Assembly (NCBI GenBank): GCA_965140585.1 | Contig: OZ223272.1 | Span: 274,775 to 338,774 of the forward strand | DNA from: Spirochaetia bacterium | Lineage (GTDB): Bacteria; Spirochaetota; Spirochaetia; UBA9216 | Direction: 5' to 3' | Length of the DNA: 64,000 nucleotides | Shown: positions 46,666 to 57,167 of the stretch, piece by piece | Position numbering within the stretch: the first letter of the stretch is position 1 | Layout of the letters: each line of letters starts with the position of its first letter | Made by a program: the position numbers and the translations under genes | The notes under the pieces: model-generated | Told to the model about the DNA's origin: nothing | Database searches by the model: none | What the model saw: the letters and a program-made list of their open reading frames with translations, nothing else

Positions 46666-48982
46666 ATGAATGATAGAATAAAAAGGCTCAGGGAAGCTTT
46701 AAGAGTAGATAAGTTTTCAATTTGTGTAGAGAAAGCAGAAATAGTTTTAAAATCTTTCAAGCAGAATGACGGATGGCCGCAGATAGTCAGACGTGCACAG
46801 GCAACCGCCGATTATCTTGACAACAAAACTATCTTCATCGAACCGGATGAACTTATAATCGGAAATATTGCCAGCAAGCCGATGGGCATGGAGATGGGCT
46901 CAGGCGGCCCGGGGTGGCCGGATGATGATCTCGACGATCTGCTGTCCGGAGGACAGATATATCTCTCGGAAAAGGATAGAAAAACCATCCGCAGCATGGA
47001 TGATTATTGCAGCGGAAAGGGGCGGACACAGGATGAACGCCAGGGCTTCCATTATAATGATGAGCGGCTGTGGCCTTTTATCAAACGCGGTTTTCTCTGC
47101 CCGCCCTGGGAACGCAAAGATCTTGGACGCGGACAGGGAGCTGCCGGAATGGGCTGGGGCCTGTGAATGGGCCCGACAACTTTGAACTGTCCTGACTACG
47201 GAAGAATCATACATACAGGAATCAGCCCCTTTATAGAAGAGGCCCGTCAGAAACTACTTGAACTCCGTTATTATGATGCAGAATCAGTAACAAAAGCCAA
47301 TTTTTACAAGGCATCCCTGATTGCGCTTCCGACGATAATTAGACTGGCCGGACGCTACGCTGATCTGACCGAAACCATGGCCAATGACGAAAATGATGAA
47401 AAGCGGAAAAAAGAACTTATTCAGATCGCTGAAATCTGCCGGCATATCCCCGGGCGTCCGTATGGATCAGTACCTCTGGCCCCTGTACAAGTCTGATCTC
47501 GAAGAAGGCAGAATCACGAAGGATGAGGCTCTTGAACTTTTCGAATGCCTCAGATTAAAGATAATGCAGCTTAATTTTGTGGGCGGCGGTAAAATCCAGC
47601 GTGAAAAATAGGCTGGAATGGCCCGCTGGCATAATTTTATTATAGGAGGCTGCGACAGCGACGGAAAGGACGCGACCAATGAATTATCGTATCTCATGCT
47701 TGACGCCGCGCTTGACTGCCAGATACCTCACCATACGCTTACCATGCGGGTCGGGAAGGACTCTCCTATTGATTTTATAGCCAAAGGAATGGAGGTCGTT
47801 AGAACCGGTGCGGGAATGCCCGCGTTTATATCTGAAGACAGTTATATCAACTTTATAACAAAGCAGGGAATTCCGGGTGAGGAAGCCCGGGAGTTTGCAA
47901 TTGCCGGATGCATGGATCTTATGCTCCCAGGAAAATCCCGATACCAGGCTTTCGGAATGAGCATAATACCGATGTACCTTGAAACTGCACTCTATAACGG
48001 TCGCGAACCGAAAAGCGGTGAACTTCTCGGCCTTGAAACAGGCGAGTTTGAATCATTTGAGAACTTCGAGGATTTCTACCGGGCATTTCTTGAACAGTGC
48101 AGACATTTTATAGGGATGGTCGTTGAGGAACACAATATCCTGCTGATGGTCCAGAGGGAACTCTACCCGGATGTAGTTACGAGCGCATTTCTTCACGATG
48201 CCATGAAAGTGGGACGGGACGGCCTGGATCGAAGACTGCCCTTTGAAAACGGTTCTGCTATCAATGTAATAGGTATGGCCAACACAGTAGATTCACTGGC
48301 CGTCGTTAAAAAGCTCGTATTTGAAGACAAAAGCATTCCCGCCGATACCATGATTAAAGCCCTTCGGGCGAACTGGGAAGGATACGAAGATTTAAGAAAA
48401 CTCTGTCTTGATTCACCGAAGTACGGTAACAACGACGCCTTTGTGGATGACCTGGCAGGCAGATTCTGGCATGATTTTGGCGAAATAGTTCAGGAGTACA
48501 CTTCAATTTTTGATGCGAAGGTATTGCCCACAGCAATATCAATCACTGCTCATGCCCCCGGCGGCGCAATGACAAGTGCAACACCGGACGGCCGTAAAGA
48601 CGGAGAAACCTTTGCGGACGGCTCAATTTCTCCGGTTCAGGGTATGGATAGAAAAGGCCCGCTTGCAGCCCTTCAGAGTGCCATGAAGCTCCCTCAGGAT
48701 GAGTATATGGCCACGCTTCTGAACATGAAGTTCCATCCGGGAACCCTGAAAACAGATGAGGATCTCAAGAAGCTTGCATCAATGGTAAAAATATATCTTG
48801 TAAGCGGAGGAAAGCAGATCCAGCTGAACATCATCAGCCGGGAAACCCTGGAAGCGGCAAAGATTGAAAAAGATAAGTACAGGGATTTGATAATCCGTGT
48901 AGCAGGGTACAGCACATATTATGTAACCTTAACATCCAGAGTTCAGGATGAAATAATTGCCCGGACAGAACAGGCAATTTAG
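46666..48982 (+). pseudogene. Glycyl-radical enzyme paralog, decayed by an in-frame TGA (47164-47166), an in-frame TAG (47612-47614) and a ~29-aa deletion/frameshift near 47440-47470
   Basis: Track pieces 46636..47166, 47167..47496, 47384..47611 and 47618..48982 align collinearly to the intact GRE at 26875..29286. The C-terminus keeps 'RVAGYSTYY' and the Cys-loop 'AGCMD'. Confidence 0.7.
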
Positions 48983-49005
48983 CAAAATAAGAACTATAAA
49001 AAAGG

Positions 49006-49045
49006 GAGCTGACTAAGAACTAATCTTAGCCAGCTCTTTTTTTTT
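49006..49045 (+). terminator. Rho-independent terminator (gagctgactaag/cttagccagctc, one mismatch, + T9)
   Basis: I read it directly from the sequence. Confidence 0.65.
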
Positions 49046-49058
49046 AATTCATATCAGG

Positions 49059-50012
49059 TTAATACAGGTGACAGCTTACTTTATGGTTCTCACCCTGCAC
49101 TGATTCTTTCGGCGCTTCACTTAAGCACTTATCGAAGGCCTGAGGGCATCTGTCGGCAAAACGGCAGCGGTTATCAAGCAGGCTGTAGTCCACCGGGACA
49201 AAACCCTTAATAGGAATATCCTCCTCCTTTAATGAGGGGTCCGTACATGGAACTGCCGCAATCAGCGCCTTTGTGTAGGGATGCATCGGAGACTGAAGAA
49301 TTGTCTCAGTCGGTCCGGACTCCATTACAGCACCGAGGTAGAGGATTGATATCCGGTCGCAGATATACCTTGCAGTTGACAGGTCATGGGTTATATACAG
49401 AAATGATATATTATGCTCATCCCTTATTTTCTTCAGCAGTTTGAGGATTCCGATCCTGATTGAAACATCAAGCATTGAAACAGGCTCGTCGGCAACTATG
49501 AACTCAGGCTTCAGCACAAGAACCCTTGCCATGCTCACCCTCTGAAGCTGCCCGCCGCTCATCGATGCCGGATATTTTGATAAAAAAACATCGGGGTCCA
49601 GGCCTACATCACGAAGAACATCTTCAATCATCTGTGCTTCCTCTTCCTTCGATGAAGCAAGATGGTGGGTCCGTACCGACTGCGCTATAATATCGTAGAC
49701 GGAACGCCTCGGGTTAAGCGAACCGAAGGGATCCTGAAATATCATCTGCATCTTCTGCCTGGCGTCTTTAAGCTGCCTCCGGTTCAGAGAGGTTATATCC
49801 ATACCGCAGACATTTATCTCCCCGGATGTGGGTTCCACCAGCCTGAGTATTGTCCGCCCCAGGGTCGATTTACCGCAACCGGACTCCCCTACTACGCCGA
49901 GGATCTCCCCGCGCCCGATTGAAAGTGAAATACCGTCCACGGCTTTAATTATATTATTACGGGAATTAAATTCCTTCTTAAGAGATCTTGTTACAAGTAC
50001 AGGTTCAGTCAT
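49059..50012 (-). CDS. oppF: Oligopeptide ABC transporter ATP-binding protein OppF
   Basis: Walker A 'GESGCGKST' and signature 'MSGGQLQRV' are present. The ATG at 50012 has GGAGA upstream and sits 2 nt after the oppD stop. Confidence 0.8.
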   Translation of the reverse strand: MTEPVLVTRSLKKEFNSRNNIIKAVDGISLSIGRGEILGVVGESGCGKSTLGRTILRLVEPTSGEINVCGMDITSLNRRQLKDARQKMQMIFQDPFGSLNPRRSVYDIIAQSVRTHHLASSKEEEAQMIEDVLRDVGLDPDVFLSKYPASMSGGQLQRVSMARVLVLKPEFIVADEPVSMLDVSIRIGILKLLKKIRDEHNISFLYITHDLSTARYICDRISILYLGAVMESGPTETILQSPMHPYTKALIAAVPCTDPSLKEEDIPIKGFVPVDYSLLDNRCRFADRCPQAFDKCLSEAPKESVQGENHKVSCHLY

Positions 50013-50967
50013 TTTTATCTCCGTATAGGTGGCAGAGCACAGTCCGGCCGTCAACCCTATATTCTGCCGGTTCCTTTTCCCTGCAGACAGGCATTGCTTT
50101 TTCGCAGCGTTCGGCGAAGCGGCAGCCCTTAGGGGGGTTAATCAGATCCGGCGGACTTCCGGGAATACTGTAGAGTTCCTGCTTTTCACCCAGAATACTC
50201 GGATAAGATTTTACAAGGGCCTCGCTGTAGGGATGAAGCGGCTTTTTAAACAGCTGAGCTGTTTCGGTCTTTTCGACTATCTTACCGCCGTACATGACAG
50301 CGGTCTGACTGCAGGTTTCAGAGACTACGGCGAGATCGTGGGCGATGAAAATCGTAGTTAAATCCAGCTCTGCCTTCAGATCCTTCAGAAGAGTAAGAAG
50401 CTGACGCTGAACAATTACATCAAGCCCGGTAATAGGTTCATCAAGAATAAGCAGTCCCGGCCTGCATGCTGTTGCAATTGCGATAATCGTCCGCTGCTTC
50501 ATTCCTCCGCTGAACTGGTGCGGATAGCTTCTGAACCTTCCGGAATCAAGACCGACCAGTTCAAGCTGTTCATTCGCACGTTGAACTGCTTCGGCGTTGG
50601 AAACTCCCTCATGATTTTTGATAATCTCGGTAATCTGATCGCCTATCCGCATAACCGGATTAAGTGCATGCTGGGCCTGCTGGCGTACAATCGCTATATC
50701 CTTTCCCCGGATTTTTTTAAAGTCCTGCTCGGAATACGAAAGCAGATCCTTTCCCTCAAATACAATACTTCCACCCGCAATAAATCCGGGAGGCTGCACC
50801 ATTCTGATTAGTGCACTTGCAGTGGTTGATTTTCCGCAGCCTGATTCACCGATAAAACCGATGGTCTCACCTTTCTCAAGAGAAAAACTTATATTTTCAA
50901 CAGCCTTTGCTGTTCCGCTCTGTGTTTCATAATGAACACTGAGGTTAGTAACTTCAAGTAATGCCAT
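50005..50967 (-). CDS. oppD: Oligopeptide ABC transporter ATP-binding protein OppD
   Basis: Walker A 'GESGCGKST' and 'FSGGMKQR' are present. Confidence 0.8.
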   Translation of the reverse strand: MALLEVTNLSVHYETQSGTAKAVENISFSLEKGETIGFIGESGCGKSTTASALIRMVQPPGFIAGGSIVFEGKDLLSYSEQDFKKIRGKDIAIVRQQAQHALNPVMRIGDQITEIIKNHEGVSNAEAVQRANEQLELVGLDSGRFRSYPHQFSGGMKQRTIIAIATACRPGLLILDEPITGLDVIVQRQLLTLLKDLKAELDLTTIFIAHDLAVVSETCSQTAVMYGGKIVEKTETAQLFKKPLHPYSEALVKSYPSILGEKQELYSIPGSPPDLINPPKGCRFAERCEKAMPVCREKEPAEYRVDGRTVLCHLYGDKND

Positions 50968-50976
50968 AGTATCCTC

Positions 50977-51852
50977 CTATAATCCCTTTGACCTGCGGTA
51001 TCCGGGATTGAGAATATCGTTGATAGCAGTACCCAGAAATGTAAACCCGAGTATTATCATTACGATAAAGACAATCGGAGGAGCGATCCACCAGGGGGCC
51101 TTTGCAAGCAGCCCGGAGGCAAAGGCAAAATGAAGCATCATTCCCCAGCTCACGGATGTAACATCGCCAAGCCCCAGAAAGCTCAGGACCGATTCCGAGT
51201 AGATAGCGTTAGTTACCATAAGAATTGCCTGGGCAAACATCAGCGGAAGAACACCCGGAAGGATGTCTATGAACATAAGATATGCATCACCGGAACCTAT
51301 ACAGCGTGATGCCTCAATGAATGGTCTTTCCTTAAGAGACAGAACCTGTGAGCGCACAATTCTTGCCGTGGAGGGCCAGCTTATAAGAGACACAACAAGG
51401 ATGATGGTCCAGAGGCTGGGTCCCAGAACGGCTGCAAGCACAATCATCAGCGGCAGTCCGGGAAGCATCATGAAAAAATCAATTATACGTCCCAGTATCA
51501 GATCCACAGCTCCGCCGAAATAACCGGACACAAGACCGATAACCGATCCGGTAACAACAGTTATAAGCGCGGCAATAAAACCGATTAAAAGCGATATTCT
51601 TGCCCCGTACAGAGTCTGACTCCAGACATCACGAGCCATATCATCTGTTCCGAAAAAATTAACAGTGTTAGGTGCAAGCAGGGCATTCGCAGCCTCTCCC
51701 GATTTCTGCGGATCAACCGTATGCAGGAAGGGTGCAAAGACAGCGAATATCAGAATAAGCAGAATAAGAAAAAGACCGATACGCCCCTTCGGGTGAATAA
51801 GTATCTGCTTAAAGAATACTTTTGCCGTGAGTTTTGTTTCTCTCATAATCAA
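50977..51852 (-). CDS. oppC: Oligopeptide ABC transporter permease OppC
   Basis: It is a BPD_transp_1-type permease of about 290 aa. Confidence 0.8.
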   Translation of the reverse strand: MIMRETKLTAKVFFKQILIHPKGRIGLFLILLILIFAVFAPFLHTVDPQKSGEAANALLAPNTVNFFGTDDMARDVWSQTLYGARISLLIGFIAALITVVTGSVIGLVSGYFGGAVDLILGRIIDFFMMLPGLPLMIVLAAVLGPSLWTIILVVSLISWPSTARIVRSQVLSLKERPFIEASRCIGSGDAYLMFIDILPGVLPLMFAQAILMVTNAIYSESVLSFLGLGDVTSVSWGMMLHFAFASGLLAKAPWWIAPPIVFIVMIILGFTFLGTAINDILNPGYRRSKGL

Positions 51853-52817
51853 TGCTCCCTTCCGATTCGGGGATCAATGTACACATAGAGAAGGTCCATT
51901 ATAAAGTTGGCCAGAACTATTGAAACCGCAAACACCAGGAACAGCCCCTGAAGAAGAGGATAGTCTCTTTTCATAACGGCTTCATAGGTAAGCCGTCCGA
52001 TTCCAGGCCAGGAAAAAACGGTCTCGGCCTCTATCACACCGGCAAGAGCCAGCCCGATATTTACTTCGGTAATTGTGGCGATCGGCAGCATTGCATTTCT
52101 AAGCGCGTGCTTTCTTAGAACCTGTCCGTCCGGAAGTCCTTTTGAGTGGGCAGTCTGGATGAACTCTTCATGCATTACATCAAGCATGGAGGAGCGCGTA
52201 AGGATGATGTATTCGCCGAAGTACCACAGAAGTATTGAAAACACCGGCAGCACCATATGCTTTGCGACATCCAGAGCGTAACGGATTCCGGTATATCCGG
52301 TTGCAGGGGTTTTAATACCTCCGAAAGGAAGTACTGGAACCAGATATGCAAAAATAAGCAGAAGTACTATCCCCAGTGCAAACTTTGGAACAGAGTAGAG
52401 TGTAAGCGAAGCGGTAAGAATCACCGAATCGAGTTTCGATCCGTTTCGCCATCCTGCAATAGCCCCGAGAAATATTCCCAGAATTATTGCAAGTCCAAGG
52501 GATGTAAGAACCAGAAGCAGAGTTGCCGGAACCCGCTCCATAATAATAGATAGAACCGGTTTCTTTTTCCAGAATGATTCACCCAGATCCCCTTTTGCAA
52601 TATTTTTTACATATACAGCAAACTGGTAGCTTATCGGCTTGTCAAGTCCGTATTTCTGTTTCTGCAGCTCAAACTGCGCCTCACTGCTTCTGGGATCATG
52701 AAACATCATTCTGATGGGATCACCCGGAGCAAGGCGGAAGATAATAAAGTTCAGACATAAAACTGCAAAAACAGTTATCACCATGCCTATAACCTTTTTT
52801 AGAATATATTTATTCAT
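51849..52817 (-). CDS. oppB: Oligopeptide ABC transporter permease OppB
   Basis: It is a BPD_transp_1-type permease of about 320 aa. Confidence 0.8.
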   Translation of the reverse strand: MNKYILKKVIGMVITVFAVLCLNFIIFRLAPGDPIRMMFHDPRSSEAQFELQKQKYGLDKPISYQFAVYVKNIAKGDLGESFWKKKPVLSIIMERVPATLLLVLTSLGLAIILGIFLGAIAGWRNGSKLDSVILTASLTLYSVPKFALGIVLLLIFAYLVPVLPFGGIKTPATGYTGIRYALDVAKHMVLPVFSILLWYFGEYIILTRSSMLDVMHEEFIQTAHSKGLPDGQVLRKHALRNAMLPIATITEVNIGLALAGVIEAETVFSWPGIGRLTYEAVMKRDYPLLQGLFLVFAVSIVLANFIMDLLYVYIDPRIGREH

Positions 52818-52874
52818 CAGGTACCTCGGAATTAAAAGAAGGCCCGGCGTTAATACCGGGCCTTGAAACGATAT

Positions 52875-54515
52875 CTATTTTGGATGGACGCTTGAGAAGG
52901 TCCAGGGGTTGATGTAGGAAGTAAGGCCTCCCATACTCTGAACCCAGCCCTCAAGTCTGTCTGTTCTGACAGGGTCAAGGCTTTCAGGTCTTACAAGAAG
53001 TCCGTAGGGAAGGTCCTCGGCAAGTATTGCCTGAAGCTGTTTGATATAAGCCTTCTGTGTTTCATAATCAGGAGCAGATATCATCTTTGCAAGAATCTCA
53101 TCATACTCAGGATTTGCATATGCTGCGGTATTCCATCCGGTCTGGCTGTCTGCGTAATTCCATACCCAGTTTCCATTGGGACCCGGATCGCCGTAAGCAA
53201 TGGCAGCCTGGTATCCGTCTGATTTAGCAGAAACGATAAACTCCCAGTAAGTGGCAAGGTCAACAGCCTTTACTGTAACTTCAATTCCCGATCTGAGCAG
53301 ATTCTCCTTAATAAGTGATGCCATCTTTACATCTGCAGTTGCACTGGATGAAACCATCAGCTCAATGTTGACGTTTTCACCGGTCGCAGGATCATTGCGC
53401 AAACCGTCGCCGTCGGTATCTGTATAACCGGAAGCATCAAGAAGAGCCGCAGCCTTATCAAGGTCGTTATCATAAACCGGAATCTGGTCATTGTATGTGT
53501 CCATTTCAGGATAGATGAAACTGTTGGCTTTCTCGGCATAACCCATATAAACAAGGTCGATGATATTATTTTTATCGATGCTGTACATGAAGGCCTTTCT
53601 AAAGTCCTTGTCTGCAAGTGGAGTTGCTGAATAAGTGTTGAATGAAATCCAGAGGTTGTTAAGACCTGGAGATCTTATAACGCTTATATTTGGATCCTTA
53701 TCAAGATCGGCGGCAATCTGGGGGCTCGCACCTGTTGATGTTATCATATCGATTTCACCGCTTTTAAGTGCAGCATACAAAGCATCATCACTTCCGAAAG
53801 TTTGGAAGACAATCTCATCAACACCTGCTTTCTCACCCCAATAGTTTTCATCGGCTTCAAGCCAGAGATATTCTGAAGGAGCAAACTCCTTAACCTTGAA
53901 CGGCCCGTTTCCGACAGGGGCCTCATTCGGGTAATCAGAAAAGGTATCCTTATAGGGTTCAAAAATATGTTTAGGGAGGATTGGTGTCCACAGCGGGATT
54001 GGATATTTACCGTCGTTTACAGCTGCATTAAGAACAATCTTTACAGTCTTGTCATCAATGGCCTCCCAGCTTGCAACATCAGTACCGGGGCCGAGGTATG
54101 TAGCGGGTATTGCCTTCGGCAGATAATAGAGCGAAAAGCCTACATCATCGGCAGTTACCGGAGTTCCGTCCTGCCAAACGGCATCTTCATTGAGATGAAA
54201 AATCCAGGTAATGTGATCTTTTGTTTCCCAGCTTGTTGCCAGCAGCGGAACCGGATCGTAATCGGGTGAAGGCCCGATGCCCCAAAGCTGATTATAAACT
54301 ATGTGCCAGAATTCAAGGCCCATGTAGGAGGTCTTCCAGGCCATATCCACAGCCAGAGAATCAAGAGCTTCACCGTCTCTGAAACCTACGGTCAGTCTGA
54401 CTTTTTCATTTTTTACTTCCTGAGATCCTCCGGCATATGCGAATATTCCGAATAACAACAGAAACAGAATTGAGATCGTGATTATCCTGCGTAAAGGATT
54501 TCGATGTGTGTTCAT
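52875..54515 (-). CDS. oppA: Oligopeptide ABC transporter substrate-binding protein (family 5) OppA
   Basis: The ATG at 54515 has GAGGAG upstream and gives a signal peptide (LFLLLFGIFAYAGG). Confidence 0.75.
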   Translation of the reverse strand: MNTHRNPLRRIITISILFLLLFGIFAYAGGSQEVKNEKVRLTVGFRDGEALDSLAVDMAWKTSYMGLEFWHIVYNQLWGIGPSPDYDPVPLLATSWETKDHITWIFHLNEDAVWQDGTPVTADDVGFSLYYLPKAIPATYLGPGTDVASWEAIDDKTVKIVLNAAVNDGKYPIPLWTPILPKHIFEPYKDTFSDYPNEAPVGNGPFKVKEFAPSEYLWLEADENYWGEKAGVDEIVFQTFGSDDALYAALKSGEIDMITSTGASPQIAADLDKDPNISVIRSPGLNNLWISFNTYSATPLADKDFRKAFMYSIDKNNIIDLVYMGYAEKANSFIYPEMDTYNDQIPVYDNDLDKAAALLDASGYTDTDGDGLRNDPATGENVNIELMVSSSATADVKMASLIKENLLRSGIEVTVKAVDLATYWEFIVSAKSDGYQAAIAYGDPGPNGNWVWNYADSQTGWNTAAYANPEYDEILAKMISAPDYETQKAYIKQLQAILAEDLPYGLLVRPESLDPVRTDRLEGWVQSMGGLTSYINPWTFSSVHPK

Positions 54516-54525
54516 TAAGCACTCC

Positions 54526-56172
54526 TCAACTAATGTTTTTATATATAAACAGATCCCCCGTGTCGGGTAGATCGGTCCATTCAAAATTAAATTTTTCAGA
54601 TGCGGCCTTTACAGGCAGGTAGGCCTCTTCCTCTCCCTGCTCCAGATCGATAAACAGCGCACCGTCTTTCCTTACGGCAACAGGCCGTATAACCTGCCCG
54701 CCTGTAAAGCCTATACAGAAAACCTGTCCGGCCATTGTATAGATATCAGGAGCCCTTTCGGCCGACTCACGCTTTCGGCCCCACTCCCGGATACGCAGAT
54801 CATGAAGCCAGAACTTATCCAGAACCTGGCCGGCAAGGCTGATCAGCTTATCTGCAAAAGCGAATGACAGAGCCCCGGCAGTCTGTGCATTCCCGGCAAA
54901 AGCAGCATCCTCAGACATGGAGTCCAGAACTTCATTCTCAAATGAACTGAAAACCTGTTCAGCTATTGGATGAAATTCCTGATACTTTCCGAAGGCATGA
55001 AGGTCAACCTCTTCAAAGAGTCTGGCCGCTTCAATGCCGGAAAATGCAGGATGGAGCTCTTTCATTCCGGGAAAGTAGGGAACGTAGGCTGAAAATGTCG
55101 GAACGCCGACCAGTCCATACATGATTCCTGCAGGCTGGTCCTTTGAGCCGGAATTAAAGACTGCCGAGCCCAGTGTTTTTTCATATGCAGTGTCGCAGCA
55201 TATCTGCCTTATGAAAACCGGGGAACGCAGAAAGCCTTCTTCCGGCATGTCGTCAAGCCATTCTCCGCCGTCAAAATCATCACGGTAAAAAGAGGTTGAA
55301 TGCCAGGGGGTCTGATTAAACGCAAGCCTGCTGCCGTCGGGCAGAACAAACTCATCAAGTTGATCCCGGCTTACTTCCATCATATCTGCAACTGTAACAG
55401 GTCCCGAGGCGGCTTTTTTCTGCATTAGCTCATCAGCCCTGTTCTGTCTCACAATGCTTGAAAAAATATCAGGACGGGGAGCCTGATGTTTATGAAGATA
55501 GCCGCTTCCTGAATAGACTTCCCTGAAATTAAGCTGTTCACCCCTTCCTATCCAGCCCTTTGAAAAAGCATAATCCTCCAGATCAGCTGAGCAGAGATCC
55601 CATTCATTTTCAATAATATAACTGTTTGCATGTGCTCCAACCTGGTCCCTGTATCTCTTTGCGGCCCAGTGATACCCGGAAGCTTCAATGAGCCAGACCT
55701 CTTCAGGGTCACCTATGACATAGCTCATGCTCGTCTCGGCAAAGCCGTATTTCTCAGCTGTTTTTGCAACCAGCTCTACCCCCTCTCCTGCAGAGGACGC
55801 GAAATCAAGAACTATGCGGTTATAATCGAAGCCGCCCAGCAGTCCCGGCCTGTCCTCATCCTCGCGTCCGGGAGTTGCCAGAAGACTGATTGAAACACCG
55901 GCGTCGTTTATTCCCATATGCGGTGCCCAGTATGACATGCATCGCTGACCGACCCATGGTATCCTTTTTTTTCCCGAAAATTGAGCAAGATCCCCGCTGT
56001 AAAAATCACTGTCTGAAATCCCGTCTGAAAGAACCATCTGCATATACCAGTGAGAATCAATATCACCGTTTTTAACCACCAGAGTTTCTCCGTCCTTTGA
56101 CAGGGCCCCGGAAGAAAATGCAACCGTACAGCCGGCTCTCTTAATAATCCTGTTATTATTTAAATACGACAT
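54526..56172 (-). CDS. Peptidase C69-family dipeptidase
   Basis: It has the N-terminal nucleophile region 'RAGCTVAFSSGALSKDGETLVVKNGD'. The start is ambiguous: ATG 56172 or TTG 56193. Confidence 0.65.
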   Translation of the reverse strand: MSYLNNNRIIKRAGCTVAFSSGALSKDGETLVVKNGDIDSHWYMQMVLSDGISDSDFYSGDLAQFSGKKRIPWVGQRCMSYWAPHMGINDAGVSISLLATPGREDEDRPGLLGGFDYNRIVLDFASSAGEGVELVAKTAEKYGFAETSMSYVIGDPEEVWLIEASGYHWAAKRYRDQVGAHANSYIIENEWDLCSADLEDYAFSKGWIGRGEQLNFREVYSGSGYLHKHQAPRPDIFSSIVRQNRADELMQKKAASGPVTVADMMEVSRDQLDEFVLPDGSRLAFNQTPWHSTSFYRDDFDGGEWLDDMPEEGFLRSPVFIRQICCDTAYEKTLGSAVFNSGSKDQPAGIMYGLVGVPTFSAYVPYFPGMKELHPAFSGIEAARLFEEVDLHAFGKYQEFHPIAEQVFSSFENEVLDSMSEDAAFAGNAQTAGALSFAFADKLISLAGQVLDKFWLHDLRIREWGRKRESAERAPDIYTMAGQVFCIGFTGGQVIRPVAVRKDGALFIDLEQGEEEAYLPVKAASEKFNFEWTDLPDTGDLFIYKNIS

Positions 56173-56346
56173 AATACCCGCAGCTTTATACAAATTTTAC
56201 ATACTTCAAATTTAAATCTGAAGTACTTTTGTAAGAATTATTCCATAAATTAGATTGTTATGTCAAACAATCAATGGAGATAATTTGATAAATAGTATAT
56301 TTTGTATTAAATATTAACTTTTTCAAATTTTATGCGGGAGGCAGGC

Positions 56347-56754
56347 ATGAGCGATACTCTGAATGCAAAACTTAATTTCAATACCGAGGCGGGAGGTACA
56401 GCGGATTCTTCAGCAGGATACTCGGTGAATGTCCTGCAGAAAGAAAATAGTCTAAAACCCTATGACATGCTTCTGATGGCGCTCGGCTCCTGCATGTACG
56501 CAACATTCGAAGAAGTTTTTAAAAAAATGCGCATCAGTTGTGAATCAACTGATATTGAAATAGAGGGAGAAAAACGTGATGAGGTGCCTAAGTTTCTTAG
56601 ATACTGCCGTGTTAAATTTACAGTAAGGGGAGCAGACAATCCGAAGAAATTTGAGCGGGCCTTCGATCTCGCTGCAAAATACTGTTCAATCTTTCAAACC
56701 CTCAGCAAGGTGGCAGAGATGTCTACCGAGATTGAATTTACCGAACAGGCATAA
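56347..56754 (+). CDS. OsmC/Ohr-family peroxiredoxin-like protein
   Basis: 'LLMALGSCMYATF' and 'KYCSIFQTL' Cys motifs are present. GGGAGG lies 6 nt upstream of the ATG at 56347. Confidence 0.7.
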   Translation: MSDTLNAKLNFNTEAGGTADSSAGYSVNVLQKENSLKPYDMLLMALGSCMYATFEEVFKKMRISCESTDIEIEGEKRDEVPKFLRYCRVKFTVRGADNPKKFERAFDLAAKYCSIFQTLSKVAEMSTEIEFTEQA

Positions 56755-56759
56755 AAAAA

Positions 56760-56795
56760 GCTGCCAGAGTGTATTAACCCGGCAGCCTTCAGTTA
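56760..56795. terminator. Hairpin terminator (gctgcc...ggcagc) after the OsmC-family gene
   Basis: The stem is visible, but the T-tail is modest. Confidence 0.45.
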
Positions 56796-56820
56796 GTTGA
56801 TTCCGATAAATCCTTCAACA

Positions 56821-56967
56821 CTAAAAATGAAGGCTCATGGACTGATTGAGATAAGGTTTTATCTCGGGAGTAGATATAATATCTTCCCAGTTGTCGTAAT
56901 TCTTTACCATTACGTCATGGCCGTTCAGGCTTGTGAACAGCGCTTTAATCTTTCTTATAGTTTTCAT
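56821..56967 (-). CDS. Possible 48-aa small protein (MKTIRKIKALFTSLNGHDVMVKNYDNWEDIISTPEIKPYLNQSMSLHF)
   Basis: GAGGTG sits 5 nt upstream of the ATG. It was not in the track because it is under 60 aa. It lies antisense to a doubtful 70-aa track ORF. Confidence 0.3.
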   Translation of the reverse strand: MKTIRKIKALFTSLNGHDVMVKNYDNWEDIISTPEIKPYLNQSMSLHF

Positions 56968-57167
56968 ATCGTCACCTCATATATCTATGAAATTATCTTA
57001 TATCGATAAAATAATACTAATTATAAAAACAATCAAGAGAATTTATATTTTTTTCTTGACAAATATGCATACATCCCCATTAGTTATAATTTTGACCATA
57101 TTTTTATAAAAAAAGGCCTGTATGGTAAAAACATACAAGCCTATAATTGAATTATTTGGTTTATTTA

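Noticed and set aside
47164-47614. In-frame TGA and TAG in the second GRE as selenocysteine, readthrough, or an alternative genetic code
   Set aside because: The intact paralog has Gly-Pro at the TGA position, not Cys or Sec. TGA terminates other genes at ATGA overlaps (20588-20590, 25517-25519). A second, different stop (TAG) and an indel co-occur. Pseudogene decay is the parsimonious reading.
56797-57009. Track ORF 56797..57009(+), 70 aa
   Set aside because: It has no RBS and is Tyr/Ile-rich low complexity. It lies antisense to a shorter ORF that does have a strong RBS. I consider it non-coding.
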